Source of the DNA: a virus
Lineage: Duplodnaviria; Caudoviricetes
Length of the DNA stretch: 64,000 nt
IMG/VR virus record: IMGVR_UViG_3300033076_000375
Coordinates: 32,001 to 96,000 of that record
Strand: one strand, 5' to 3'
The notes below the pieces were generated by a model. That model did not search any database. It was given only the letters and a program-made list of their open reading frames with translations, and was not told the origin of the DNA. This document shows, one piece after another, positions 40,101 to 49,199 of this stretch; positions within the stretch are counted from its first letter, which is position 1; each line of letters begins with the position of its first letter. The translations under genes were made by a program, and so were the position numbers.

Positions 40101-40278
40101 TTTTATCATCGGGGTTAGTTCCCTTGAACTTGTTAATGAAAACTTGAATTCTACCCGTGCGTGTTGAATCAATATTGTTTTTGACAATACCTTTAATAGG
40201 GGTGTTCAGTAGTACTTGACCACCGCCACCGTCTTTCATATTTGACGGGGCACCTTTACCTTGTAGTTCTTCTTCCAT
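37162..40278 (-). CDS. gp5: baseplate central spike (gp5/VgrG-like) with long low-complexity C-terminal extension
   Basis: OB-fold N-terminus (D...GRIQV...SYGFWATPPDIGTEV), GHSFVMDDG..LRLRTSSGH, beta-helix region. Confidence 0.75.
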   Translation of the reverse strand: MEEELQGKGAPSNMKDGGGGQVLLNTPIKGIVKNNIDSTRTGRIQVFINKFKGTNPDDKNSWVTVNYLSPFFGYTPNTGSKDSNGTYSGNPNSYGFWATPPDIGTEVLCVFENGDPNFGYYIGSIPKTGLNHMVPAIGATDNIIANGPESKSYGGATRLPVAEFNNANDKQSGSPDLSNQPRPIHSYQAAILNKQGLLRDPDRGTIGSSSTRETPSRVFGMSTPGRPIYGGGYDDNSIKDAVKDTSAPDSNFKVTGRLGGHSFVMDDGDLQGRDQLLRLRTSSGHMVMMNDSAGTLFIIHANGQSYIELGKEGTIDMYSTNSVNVRTMGDLNLHADNNININATKDLNIRAENMRFESTKETTQLVGADLKQQVKANHSIKVESQFAVKAGSNAGMTAGGDAYITGAKVNLNTGSMPLTPADVTPLKETKHSDTLNDSAKGYAAAPGKLASITSRAPAHSPWDGAGKGVDVKVNLDAAANFPASPAPAVAAANATAPAAPDKTTSPALAASVPASPAASPTLDKASTTTMVSQMSVNAATGPAADAVKEGAKVVTAPTGEQTAAVGQLAMTPQQMEDAGTLKPGAGAAVTAAVASGKSIEQALTPNLFTGKDGVNNTSDFVKSTTAQVGAASSLLAKGESLLKQSGLISGKESPTQTGGLIMATATSGLKATMDFVKGATPSGFSLPSMPTGLGLDASKIPNPLGGDIGKQIAGGNFATGLADKALSGLSGLGDKLKDGLSSLKDSAESAFASVTAKFKDFKAGEPVSLSAEKLKNDAADASAGGLLDSAKKAASDFNPMAALNKATTSLGGMLPNDVKGALDSAKGLMTTASKLGDSASSLLSKGTNMLSSTGSSDGLTNSLTSGKMDVPGLDSIGSSIKNLVSSTSSSSINSAVGMAKAALGSNSLAGQALSMLGSDPAAKLKGAIGSLGTGGGLGIKLPTVSEGGFDAGAIAAKSKELLGDPKIPALKFGDSAPPVDTASLVELSKQRRAAADKVKDTQKAYEASLESTGSRSDPATVAAYAEYKQALADMDKIG

Positions 40279-40292
40279 TTATATTCTACCTG

Positions 40293-42812
40293 TTAATTTC
40301 GTTTAGGTAACAATGATTTCGAATCGATTCGAGCCATGTCTTTGTTGAACACTTGAGCCGCACTATTATAACCTTTACCCACAAGATTTTTATTTGCATT
40401 CTCATCTTCTGCTGTTACTACAGGAGCTAATATAGGTTTACCGTTATCATGCTTAGTAGGTCTAGGTAAGTCAAGTCGTCTAGGATCAATTTTTGAATAA
40501 GCAGACGTTGACCTTCCAGAAGTTATGTTACCCGGAGATTTGTTACTTGTTGCGGGTTCTCTTGTTTGTTGGTCAGCCATTTTAGTGACCTGATATTCTG
40601 TAGGCGGTAAAGTCATATTCTGAAATTCTTGGGTAAACATACCTTTGCTGAATTTACTTTTTACTCTAACTAAGCCAAATATCATTCTACCTTGTAGTTG
40701 CTTTTCCATTTCTTCATTGAACTTGACGAACTGGTAGTTAGACACTGGGTCCATCTTACCCGAAGAGTCAAAATCAATAACACTTCTTAAATCAATTTCA
40801 ATGTAAACCTGACCCATTAGAGGGTTTATCGGATCTTCTTCTGCTATAGATTTTGCTGACATTTCATCAAATGTTCCAAATGATGATGTCATCAGAAAAT
40901 CAGGGTCACCGTAAATTTTCATCTTTGCAGTTAGTTGCTCATCCGGGTTCATCAACCATGCTTTTAAAGACGCAACTTCTTCAGACGTACCTGGCATTTT
41001 ACCTGCAGTATCTTCCCCTGACGATGTTACTAATGCCATTGGAGCACTAGAACTATTCTGTATTTCACCTGTAGAATACATGCTACCAATAGATTTATAC
41101 AAATTGTTGAATGTAATATCAAATGATATCAGACCTTCATTTTTTCCAGTATACCAATAATTGTATATTTTGACAGGACCCTTATAGCCTGACCTATTAG
41201 GGAAATATTCACTTCGAACGAATGGAATCTCGTATCGTTTCACATAATAAGTGATTTCATATGCGTAAGAGTTCAGTCTATCGTCAAAGGCAGACAGATA
41301 TTTTACTTGTGGTACGATAACAAACCAAGCAAGTTCGTTTGGTTTTGCATTTTTTATAACCTCTGTATCACCTTCAGTTACTGGTTGCAATTCTTCCTTG
41401 TTTATGACTGACAAACAATCAGTGATATAAGTACTCTGGCTGATTACCTGTTCGATTGCTTGCATGATTCTAGTACCGGCAGGTATTTGAACCGCACGTT
41501 TGTTTTTAGAAACAGTTGAGGCTCCACCTTTGTTTGCTTCTCTTACATTGACTGCCCCTGGCAAACCATTCAATGGTGCCTGACTTGGTACATAGTGACC
41601 TTTGTCAACCATCAATGAATCGGCGATTCCGCTTGTATCTTCAAATACAATATTGAATTTGTTTGCAACACTTTTCTTTTTTGCCTTTACAAGTTCTTCT
41701 TCTTTTTTATTCAACAACTCAATTAAACTTGTAGGTCCATCTACTAAAATATCACCAACAGTTGAGCCAGACAAATTAAGGTTTTCTTGAATAGTAGAAG
41801 TCTGTTGACTTCTGCTTATTACTTCATTTACTAGTCTTGCCTTGATTGCATATCTGACTACTTTGTTGTCTAGCTTGGTGTGAAGTTCGGTTATATGAAT
41901 CGGAAATGAGCGAGTGAAAAGTCCAGGGTCTGTTATCTTATCTCCTGTCCCGGGTGCTGACGTGGGTGTTGATACTAAATTTCCTTTTTCATCATATCCA
42001 TAAAAAGAAACTGATAGCAAGTATATTTGATTTAATGCGACGGTGAGTTGCTTTGGATCTACGTTACCATATGAATTGCCAACCTTTTCACAGGCAACTG
42101 CCAATGACTTTAAAAATGTCATGCCATGAGCTTCAAAAATATCAAATTTTATTTCATCCGTACTCATAAATGAACCGTTAGTATCCTTACTTGACATTGA
42201 GTTTTCTATTTCTAAATTATCAATAAAGTAATCTAAGTCAAAGCCCGGTGCTCTAGTATTAGCCTCTGCGCCGGCAGATTGTGCTACTACAAACATACCA
42301 CTTTTATCCCAAACACCAGTGTCTAACTGTGCGGCATAGGCAGCTTGCGATATCATGTACAACGATATTCTATACGTATAACTAGAAAATTTACCTAACG
42401 GGTTATATGTTCTTCTACTTGCCTGCTTTGCTTTTTCTCGAGGAGCAGTTACAACTATTTCACCTACATCTTCAGCAGTAGTTTGTTTAGGTTTTGTTTT
42501 GGCAGGCGGTGGTGAACTGAGCAACTCTTTTTGATGTTTTAAATCAGCAAGTCTTGTTTCTAAATCTTTAATCGTTTGATTATATTCTTCGGTTTGCTTT
42601 TTAAGTTTCTCAATGTACGACTGGTTCATTTGATACTTTGGATCAATGTTTTTTAAACTTTGATTAGCAATACGTAATAGGTCTTTAGTTTTTGCCAGTT
42701 CTTTTTCTACCGATGCAATTTCTGTATCGATTGATGATGTTTGTTGTTTTGCTCCTGCGACACTGGTTAAATCTTCGTCCGGGACCCAGTCCCCCATTGC
42801 GTTATATCCCAT
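40293..42812 (-). CDS. baseplate hub-like protein (gp27-like position) with N-terminal coiled coil
   Basis: NPLGKFSSYTYRISL, DYFIDNLEI, YNYWYTGKN, KIYGDPDFL, VKSKFSKGMFTQ; lies between gp53 and gp5. Confidence 0.55.
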   Translation of the reverse strand: MGYNAMGDWVPDEDLTSVAGAKQQTSSIDTEIASVEKELAKTKDLLRIANQSLKNIDPKYQMNQSYIEKLKKQTEEYNQTIKDLETRLADLKHQKELLSSPPPAKTKPKQTTAEDVGEIVVTAPREKAKQASRRTYNPLGKFSSYTYRISLYMISQAAYAAQLDTGVWDKSGMFVVAQSAGAEANTRAPGFDLDYFIDNLEIENSMSSKDTNGSFMSTDEIKFDIFEAHGMTFLKSLAVACEKVGNSYGNVDPKQLTVALNQIYLLSVSFYGYDEKGNLVSTPTSAPGTGDKITDPGLFTRSFPIHITELHTKLDNKVVRYAIKARLVNEVISRSQQTSTIQENLNLSGSTVGDILVDGPTSLIELLNKKEEELVKAKKKSVANKFNIVFEDTSGIADSLMVDKGHYVPSQAPLNGLPGAVNVREANKGGASTVSKNKRAVQIPAGTRIMQAIEQVISQSTYITDCLSVINKEELQPVTEGDTEVIKNAKPNELAWFVIVPQVKYLSAFDDRLNSYAYEITYYVKRYEIPFVRSEYFPNRSGYKGPVKIYNYWYTGKNEGLISFDITFNNLYKSIGSMYSTGEIQNSSSAPMALVTSSGEDTAGKMPGTSEEVASLKAWLMNPDEQLTAKMKIYGDPDFLMTSSFGTFDEMSAKSIAEEDPINPLMGQVYIEIDLRSVIDFDSSGKMDPVSNYQFVKFNEEMEKQLQGRMIFGLVRVKSKFSKGMFTQEFQNMTLPPTEYQVTKMADQQTREPATSNKSPGNITSGRSTSAYSKIDPRRLDLPRPTKHDNGKPILAPVVTAEDENANKNLVGKGYNSAAQVFNKDMARIDSKSLLPKRN

Positions 42813-42813
42813 G

Positions 42814-43116
42814 TTATAATCCTAATGCTGCTTTGAGGTTTTCAATCGTTGGGACAAAAATTTTAGTACCGGAAGTAAAGTCAAAGATAGGATCTTGTAA
42901 ACGATTTGGATTGCGTTGGGCGAATACCCACCACAAACGACTATCATCATATAAGTCATATGCTAGTAAGTCAGGGCGCAAATGATAAGTCTGATTGATT
43001 TCCCACTCAGTGTCATCGACACTAGGGGGAATACTTCTGTTTTCCATTATATCTAAAAATGAATTGTTATACACTTGTGTGAAAGCGTATGGGCTTGTGT
43101 TTGTATATTTTACCAT
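42814..43116 (-). CDS. gp53: baseplate wedge protein (gp53/LysM-like)
   Basis: RPDLLAYDLYDDSRLWWVFAQRN...DPIFDF..G.KI.VP. Confidence 0.8.
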   Translation of the reverse strand: MVKYTNTSPYAFTQVYNNSFLDIMENRSIPPSVDDTEWEINQTYHLRPDLLAYDLYDDSRLWWVFAQRNPNRLQDPIFDFTSGTKIFVPTIENLKAALGL

Positions 43117-44447
43117 ATTCCGTTACCTCCTCGTTGGGTACCTCTATAAAGAGTTCCCTTTGCATATTTCTCTACGCTGAAGTTTTGACTAATATCTCTA
43201 CGAGTAACTATTGGGTAAGCAGAGATAGAAAATTGAATCTTTGTTGGAACAAAAGTAGTGTCTGCTCGTTTAGTGATAGCTCCTATAGTACCGACACTTG
43301 CAGTCGCGCCGCCTTTTTTAAGTCCTGCGCTTGCTAATCGATTAATACTACTAAACATATTACTAATTCCACTCAATCCAAACTTTGATGCAGTGGTTGC
43401 TAGACCAGCTAAGCCGCCAGAATTATTTGCTGACATTGGACTGTTACTAGAATAATTACCATTTGATGTTGTTCTAATGTAGTCTACCTCATTTGGCAAT
43501 GTATAAGAGAATGATGAAATCAATAGTGGATGATTATCATAATTGTACGCTCCGAAACCTGATAAGAACACTAACGGAGGTGGTGTGCCTGCGTTCGGTG
43601 ATTTGTCTTGACCATAGAACATCTTTGTTACGGATCTAAAGAAGTGCATAACCGCCAACATATATTGTGCTTCTTGCTGGTCTTGCGCAGTAAATTCAGC
43701 AGTGATAGTTAAATCCTCAACGCTACTGTTCTTATAAAAATAATTCTTATAGTTGGTATGAACTAACTCGCTCACTTCATAGTTAGCTTTGTAGCCTGTT
43801 TGAATAGTCGGGGTGTACGGGAAAATAACACCGTTCGTTTGTTTCAACGGGTACAATACATCTCCAGGTGATGCCAAATGATACAAAGCCATCAATGTGG
43901 GTGCGATGCTCATTCGAACTCTCCAGTCACCTGACGGATTAAGTTGCACAATGTTGCCTGCAGGCTTTTGTGGATTTTCTTCTGCTCTCAATCTAGCACG
44001 ATTGTCTGCTTGTTGTTTTTCCAGTGCCACTTGGTCTTCTTTCGGTAACTGTGGCTCATCGGATGCATCGATTACTTCTTGCTCAGTGGGACCAGGAGTA
44101 TCCTCTGTCGCAGGCATCATATCCTCAAGTGTTTCAGGCTGTTGCTGTGGTTCTGCTTGAGGGACAGTTGATTCCCCATTAGAAACGTATGGATCGCTCC
44201 CGTCATCAGTCGTAGGTGAGGGTGCTTCAGGTAAATCATTTTGTTCCCCGTAGCCGCTTACGTTGGGATCTGAGTATGGCGTTATTTGTTCCGGTTCAGC
44301 AGTAGTAGACGCATCAGGTAATCTGAGTCCAATCGTCCCGTCACTGCTCGTATATGCGGTGCCTAAAACATTACCCTGTGAGTCCGTAACAGTGGAACCA
44401 GGGAGTGCTTCAGACTGTAAATTTATAGGTGCATTAGTGGTTGCCAT
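43110..44447 (-). CDS. tail tube initiator / baseplate cap (gp48/gp54-like) with acidic N-terminal extension
   Basis: GVIFPYTPTI, AVMHFFRSVTKMFYG, GTPPPLVFLSGFG, SFSYTLP.EVDYI. Confidence 0.65.
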   Translation of the reverse strand: MATTNAPINLQSEALPGSTVTDSQGNVLGTAYTSSDGTIGLRLPDASTTAEPEQITPYSDPNVSGYGEQNDLPEAPSPTTDDGSDPYVSNGESTVPQAEPQQQPETLEDMMPATEDTPGPTEQEVIDASDEPQLPKEDQVALEKQQADNRARLRAEENPQKPAGNIVQLNPSGDWRVRMSIAPTLMALYHLASPGDVLYPLKQTNGVIFPYTPTIQTGYKANYEVSELVHTNYKNYFYKNSSVEDLTITAEFTAQDQQEAQYMLAVMHFFRSVTKMFYGQDKSPNAGTPPPLVFLSGFGAYNYDNHPLLISSFSYTLPNEVDYIRTTSNGNYSSNSPMSANNSGGLAGLATTASKFGLSGISNMFSSINRLASAGLKKGGATASVGTIGAITKRADTTFVPTKIQFSISAYPIVTRRDISQNFSVEKYAKGTLYRGTQRGGNGIW

Positions 44448-44461
44448 CGTGATTATACCTT

Positions 44462-44477
44462 TATAAATATATTTATC
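44462..44477. promoter_or_regulatory. palindromic late-promoter pair TATAAATA (+) / GATAAATA (-)
   Basis: TATAAATATATTTATC at the divergence between the tail module and gp55. Confidence 0.65.
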
Positions 44478-44509
44478 GCATCAAAAATCACCAAATTTTA
44501 CCGTTTCTG

Positions 44510-44538
44510 TTGCAATTTTGCAACAGAAGATGTATACT
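44510..44538 (+). promoter_or_regulatory. sigma70-type promoter of gp55 (TTGCAA-N17-TATACT), -35 inside an 11-bp inverted repeat
   Basis: TTCTGTTGCAA-TT-TTGCAACAGAA at 44505-44528; -10 at 44533-44538. Confidence 0.7.
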
Positions 44539-44562
44539 TTTACATTATAACTACGGAGCATT

Positions 44563-45459
44563 ATGTCTTTAATACCACAGAAAAAACCAGTAAATTACTT
44601 AAACAATAAGGACATTCTCAAAGAGATTCACACTAGCAAAAACGCTTATTGTTCATTCTTAGACCCTGCAACGGATCATAGATATGACTTAATCATTGAT
44701 ATGCCTACAGAATCAATAGAGAAGTCATTGAAACATGCAAGTAAACGTGATTCAATTCAAGAAGCCAGAGAAGTCAGGGCTGCACGATTATCAGTAGAAA
44801 CAGGCGAGAAAGTTGACCCAAAGTCAATCCCAGTAACTGATTTAGTTTTTAGAGTTATGACTTGGGACCATGTCCCTGTCGCACCAAAAGCCCCACGCAA
44901 AGTTGATAAGAAGAAAACCGCAAAAGACATCTTTGAGTTTGATGAAGACGGGGAGGAAATTTTCGCTGATTTGGAAGACAAAACAACAGCAGGTGAGATT
45001 GATGACATGGTTCATGTCAAAGTCAACTTCCCGCCATTCCAACATTTTAGAATGGATGAGAATAAAAGTTTCATTTGTATCGGTAAGAGTCATTGGAAAG
45101 GTGATTTAGAAACCGGAGAGTTCTCTAAGGATCACGGACAGATTACTAACAAACTTGCCCGTATGTACATTATGATGTGTGAGAAATACGCTATGAAGTT
45201 TAACTGGCGTGGATACACGTACAATGATGAAATGCGTAATTCAGCCATTCTACAACTTACATATGTTGGCTTACGATTCAATGAAGCCAAATCAGCTAAC
45301 CCATTCGCATACTACACAGCGGCTATTACAAATAGTTTCTGTCGTGTCTTGAACTCTGAAAAGAGAAACCAAAACATTCGTGACGACATTCTGGAAATGA
45401 ATGGCTTGAATCCATCTTGGACTCGCCAGGGCATTTCAGCAGGTTCATACGAAGAATAA
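44563..45459 (+). CDS. gp55: late-transcription sigma factor (T4 gp55-like)
   Basis: NYLNNKDIL, NWRGYTYNDEM, FNEAKSANPFAYYTAAITNSF; upstream of gp47/gp46 as in T4-likes. Confidence 0.88.
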   Translation: MSLIPQKKPVNYLNNKDILKEIHTSKNAYCSFLDPATDHRYDLIIDMPTESIEKSLKHASKRDSIQEAREVRAARLSVETGEKVDPKSIPVTDLVFRVMTWDHVPVAPKAPRKVDKKKTAKDIFEFDEDGEEIFADLEDKTTAGEIDDMVHVKVNFPPFQHFRMDENKSFICIGKSHWKGDLETGEFSKDHGQITNKLARMYIMMCEKYAMKFNWRGYTYNDEMRNSAILQLTYVGLRFNEAKSANPFAYYTAAITNSFCRVLNSEKRNQNIRDDILEMNGLNPSWTRQGISAGSYEE

Positions 45460-45483
45460 TTTAGCCTAATTTAACCAGAGGGG

Positions 45484-45512
45484 TTGTTTTACATCCCCTC
45501 TTCCTGTATACT
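45484..45512 (+). promoter_or_regulatory. sigma70-type promoter of gp47 (TTGTTT-N17-TATACT)
   Basis: -10 is 7 nt before ATG 45520; -35 lies within the AGAGGGG...CCCCTCT inverted repeat. Confidence 0.6.
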
Positions 45513-45519
45513 AACATTT

Positions 45520-46533
45520 ATGAGTAACCTTTTTAAGAAAGCCGCTGTCTTTACTGACATTCATTTTGGTATGAAGTCAAACAGTCTACAGCATAATCAA
45601 GACTGTGCCGATTTTGTAGATTGGTTTATCCAAGAAGCTAAGAAAGAAAACTGTGAAACATGTTTGTTCTTGGGTGATTGGAATCATCATCGTGCTACTA
45701 TAAATATTCATACTCTACAGTTTGGATTACAAGCACTTGAAAAACTTAATTCTGCATTTGATACAGTCTATTTTATTCCCGGTAATCACGACCTTTATTA
45801 TCGTGACCGCCGTGATATACATAGTGTTGAATGGGCAAAGCATCTTCCAAACGTTAAGATTATTAATGACTTCTTCAACGAAGGCAACGTAGTTATTGCT
45901 CCCTGGCTTGTACAAGAAGATTACAAAAAGATTAAGAAAATGTCAGGACAATATCTGTTCGGGCATTTTGAACTACCGCACTTTCATATGAATGCTATGG
46001 TAGAAATGCCAGACCACGGTGAACTCAATAGTGAGCACGTTGATGGCTTTGGCTTAGTGTTCAGTGGACATTTTCACAAACGACAAGCTAAGAAAAACAT
46101 TTGGTACATCGGTAACGCATTCCCTCACAACTTTGCTGATGCAGGTGATGACGCACGAGGTATGATGATTTTAGAATGGGGTCAAGACCCTGAGTTCCGT
46201 TCATGGCCTAAGCAGCCATTGTTCAGAGTTTACAAACTAAGTGAAATCTTAGAAAACCCTAAGGGTTTGCTATTACCTGACAGTCATGTTAGAGTACATC
46301 TTGATATTGATATTTCATACGAAGAAGCAAACTTCTTACGTGAAACATTTATCCCTGACTACAAACTAAGAGAAATGTCACTTATCCCAATGAAAGTAGA
46401 ACAAACTGAACAGCAAGGTCCTGATGGTTTAAAGTTTGAATCAGTTGACCAAATCGTTATTGACCAAATCAACTCTATTGAATCTAATTCATTTGACAAG
46501 AAAATTCTGTTAGAAATTTATAACAACCTATGA
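45520..46533 (+). CDS. gp47: recombination endonuclease subunit (gp47/Mre11/SbcD-like)
   Basis: Metallophosphoesterase motifs DIHFG, LGDW, GNHD, GHFE, SGHFH; ATG 45520 preferred over TTG 45484. Confidence 0.9.
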   Translation: MSNLFKKAAVFTDIHFGMKSNSLQHNQDCADFVDWFIQEAKKENCETCLFLGDWNHHRATINIHTLQFGLQALEKLNSAFDTVYFIPGNHDLYYRDRRDIHSVEWAKHLPNVKIINDFFNEGNVVIAPWLVQEDYKKIKKMSGQYLFGHFELPHFHMNAMVEMPDHGELNSEHVDGFGLVFSGHFHKRQAKKNIWYIGNAFPHNFADAGDDARGMMILEWGQDPEFRSWPKQPLFRVYKLSEILENPKGLLLPDSHVRVHLDIDISYEEANFLRETFIPDYKLREMSLIPMKVEQTEQQGPDGLKFESVDQIVIDQINSIESNSFDKKILLEIYNNL

Positions 46534-48602
46534 TCCAATTTAAGAATATTACCCTTCGCAACTTTTTATCAATCGGCGCAGTAACACAAGCAGTTTCATT
46601 TGACAAACAAGACTTAACACTTATACTAGGTGAGAACTTAGATTTGGGTGGTGACGGTGCTCGTAATGGTACTGGTAAAACTACATTGATTCAAGGTCTA
46701 AGTTATGCGTTGTTCGGTAACCCCATCAATGACATTCGTAAAGATAACTTAGTTAACAGAACAAATGCTAAAGGTATGCTGGTTACACTAGAGTTTAGTG
46801 TGAACGGTAAAGAGTATAAGATTGAACGCGGGCGCAAACCCAATATCTTAAAGTTCTACGTAGACAACGAACTGCAAAAGCAAGAAGATACTGCACAAGG
46901 TGAGAACAAAGAAACTCAAGCAGAGATTGAAAAGGTAATTCACATGTCACGTGACATGTTTACCCACATCGTTGCGTTGAACACTTACACTTTACCGTTC
47001 TTAGCGTTAAAGAATAATGAACAACGTGAAATCATTGAACAACTATTAGGTATCACTTTGCTATCTGAGAAGGCTGAAGGTATTAAAGAGTTGATGAAGT
47101 CTGTTAAAGATGATATTCAATCAGAAGAATTCAAAGTTAAAGCCATCGAAGAGGCGAACAAGCGAGTTAAAGAACAAATTGACAGCTTAAAACGTAGAAG
47201 TAACTTATGGAAGACAAAGTACGATAGTGACTTGGCTTACCTTGCCGACACTTACGATAACTTAGCCAAGATTGATATCAACGCTGAACTCATTAATCAC
47301 AAAGAATTGTCAATTTGGAACGAGCACAAGAAGCAAAAAGATACACGTGATGCGTTAGTTGCTAGACAAATTGCCTGGCAGCAAAAGCAAGCCTCTGATA
47401 TTGAAAAACTAGAGAACGAAGTAATCAAACTCTCAAAAATTGACATTGTAGATGAGATTAGCGCACACCGCCAGCTAGCTGAACATATCAAAAAGCAAGC
47501 TGAACTAGACCAACGTGATAAAGAAGTTGCTAGACTAGGTAAAGAAATTGACAAAGAAGATAAGTTAGTTAAAAAACTTATTCTTGAGATTGAAAAATTA
47601 GAGGCACACAAGTGTTATGCTTGCGGGCAAGACTTCCATGATGATGCGCACAAAGAAGTATTAGACGGTAAGCAAGAAATGCTACGTGAGGCTCAAATCA
47701 CCGTGACTAAACTAATGAACGAGTGGAATGAACTACGTGCTGTTGAAATCTTTGTACCAGAAAAGCCAAAGACACATTACAAAACAGAAGCAGAAGCAAT
47801 TCGTCACGGTGGTGATTTAGAAAACATTCGCACAAAGATTTTAGAAAAAGAAAAAGAAAAAGATCCTTACTGTGAACAGTTGAAAGAGATGAAAGAGATT
47901 GACTTGGGCCCACAACCTAAGACAATTTACGATACAGAAGCTAAAGCGGTTGAACATCGTAGCAAACTTGCTAGTGTTGAACAACAGATTGAACAGAAGG
48001 CATCTGAAACTGACCCATATACCGAGCAAATTGCAGAAATGGAATCAAACGCAGTTCAAGCCATCAACTTTGACAAAATCAATCAGTTGACTAAAAAGAT
48101 GGAACATCAAAAGTTCTTGCTTGACTTGTTGACTAGTAAAGATTCATTTGTTCGTAAGAAAATCATTGACCAGAACTTGAGTTATTTGAACTCACGCTTG
48201 ACACATTACTTGGATAAGATTGGTTTGCCACACAACGTTATCTTTAAGAACGACTTGGCTGTTGAAATTACAGAATTGGGACGTGAACTTGACTTTGATA
48301 ACTTGTCACGCGGTGAACGTAATCGTTTGATTCTAGGTTTGAGTTTTGCATTCCGTGATGTTTGGGAGAACTTGTATGTTCCTATCAATACATTGTTCAT
48401 TGACGAATTGATTGATTCAGGTATGGACACAATGGGCGTAGAAAACTCTATTGCGATTCTAAAAGACTTGTCACGTACTCGTAATAAGAGTGTTTGGCTC
48501 GTTTCACACCGCGAAGAACTCGCAGGTAGAGTCCCGAGTGTACTAAAAGTCGTCAAAGAGAACGGTTTTACGAACTACGCAACAGCTACAGATATAGAAT
48601 AA
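46530..48602 (+). CDS. gp46: recombination ATPase subunit (gp46/Rad50/SbcC-like)
   Basis: Walker A NGTGKTT, Zn hook CYAC, signature LSRGE, Walker B FIDE, SH. Confidence 0.92.
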   Translation: MIQFKNITLRNFLSIGAVTQAVSFDKQDLTLILGENLDLGGDGARNGTGKTTLIQGLSYALFGNPINDIRKDNLVNRTNAKGMLVTLEFSVNGKEYKIERGRKPNILKFYVDNELQKQEDTAQGENKETQAEIEKVIHMSRDMFTHIVALNTYTLPFLALKNNEQREIIEQLLGITLLSEKAEGIKELMKSVKDDIQSEEFKVKAIEEANKRVKEQIDSLKRRSNLWKTKYDSDLAYLADTYDNLAKIDINAELINHKELSIWNEHKKQKDTRDALVARQIAWQQKQASDIEKLENEVIKLSKIDIVDEISAHRQLAEHIKKQAELDQRDKEVARLGKEIDKEDKLVKKLILEIEKLEAHKCYACGQDFHDDAHKEVLDGKQEMLREAQITVTKLMNEWNELRAVEIFVPEKPKTHYKTEAEAIRHGGDLENIRTKILEKEKEKDPYCEQLKEMKEIDLGPQPKTIYDTEAKAVEHRSKLASVEQQIEQKASETDPYTEQIAEMESNAVQAINFDKINQLTKKMEHQKFLLDLLTSKDSFVRKKIIDQNLSYLNSRLTHYLDKIGLPHNVIFKNDLAVEITELGRELDFDNLSRGERNRLILGLSFAFRDVWENLYVPINTLFIDELIDSGMDTMGVENSIAILKDLSRTRNKSVWLVSHREELAGRVPSVLKVVKENGFTNYATATDIE

Positions 48603-48636
48603 TTTTTCAGGGGTCATTCCTAGCATAAGTATTAAC

Positions 48637-49182
48637 ATGCCATCACCACAGAAGAACAAAGGATCAGGTTACGAGAGAGAAGTTGCAAAATTTCTCTCTG
48701 AAACATACGGGGAATCGTTTATTCGTGCTCCTGGATCCGGCGCTTATGTGGGTGGCAAGAATCAAGCAAGAACCCAATTCTTGCACGAAGGTCAGATTCG
48801 TTCATTCAAAGGTGACATTGTTCCAGGACAATCGTTTACTAAGATGAATATAGAATGCAAATTCTATGCTGACTTTCCGTGGCACTTAACTCTTACGGGT
48901 GAGTGTAAACAACTTGATTCGTGGCTAGAACAATTACTAGACGTAGAAGAAGAAGGCGATTTTAACATTCTGTTTATGAAGTTTAATCGCAAAGGTCAAT
49001 ACGTTGCAGTCCAGGGCAAACTCACATGGGTTGCTGATAACTGTATCTTATACAGCAGCAACAAATGGGGTGACTGGGTTATTATGGAACATTCTAGCTT
49101 TTTCAAAAATAATACCGAGTTAGTTAAATCTTACTCTTGTACAACATCAGACACCACGTCAACACAATCACAGAACCCTTAA
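48637..49182 (+). CDS. Holliday junction resolvase-like PD-(D/E)XK nuclease
   Basis: KGSGYEREVA, GDI, IECK motifs; follows gp46. Confidence 0.75.
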   Translation: MPSPQKNKGSGYEREVAKFLSETYGESFIRAPGSGAYVGGKNQARTQFLHEGQIRSFKGDIVPGQSFTKMNIECKFYADFPWHLTLTGECKQLDSWLEQLLDVEEEGDFNILFMKFNRKGQYVAVQGKLTWVADNCILYSSNKWGDWVIMEHSSFFKNNTELVKSYSCTTSDTTSTQSQNP

Positions 49183-49199
49183 ATTAATACATAGTAAAA

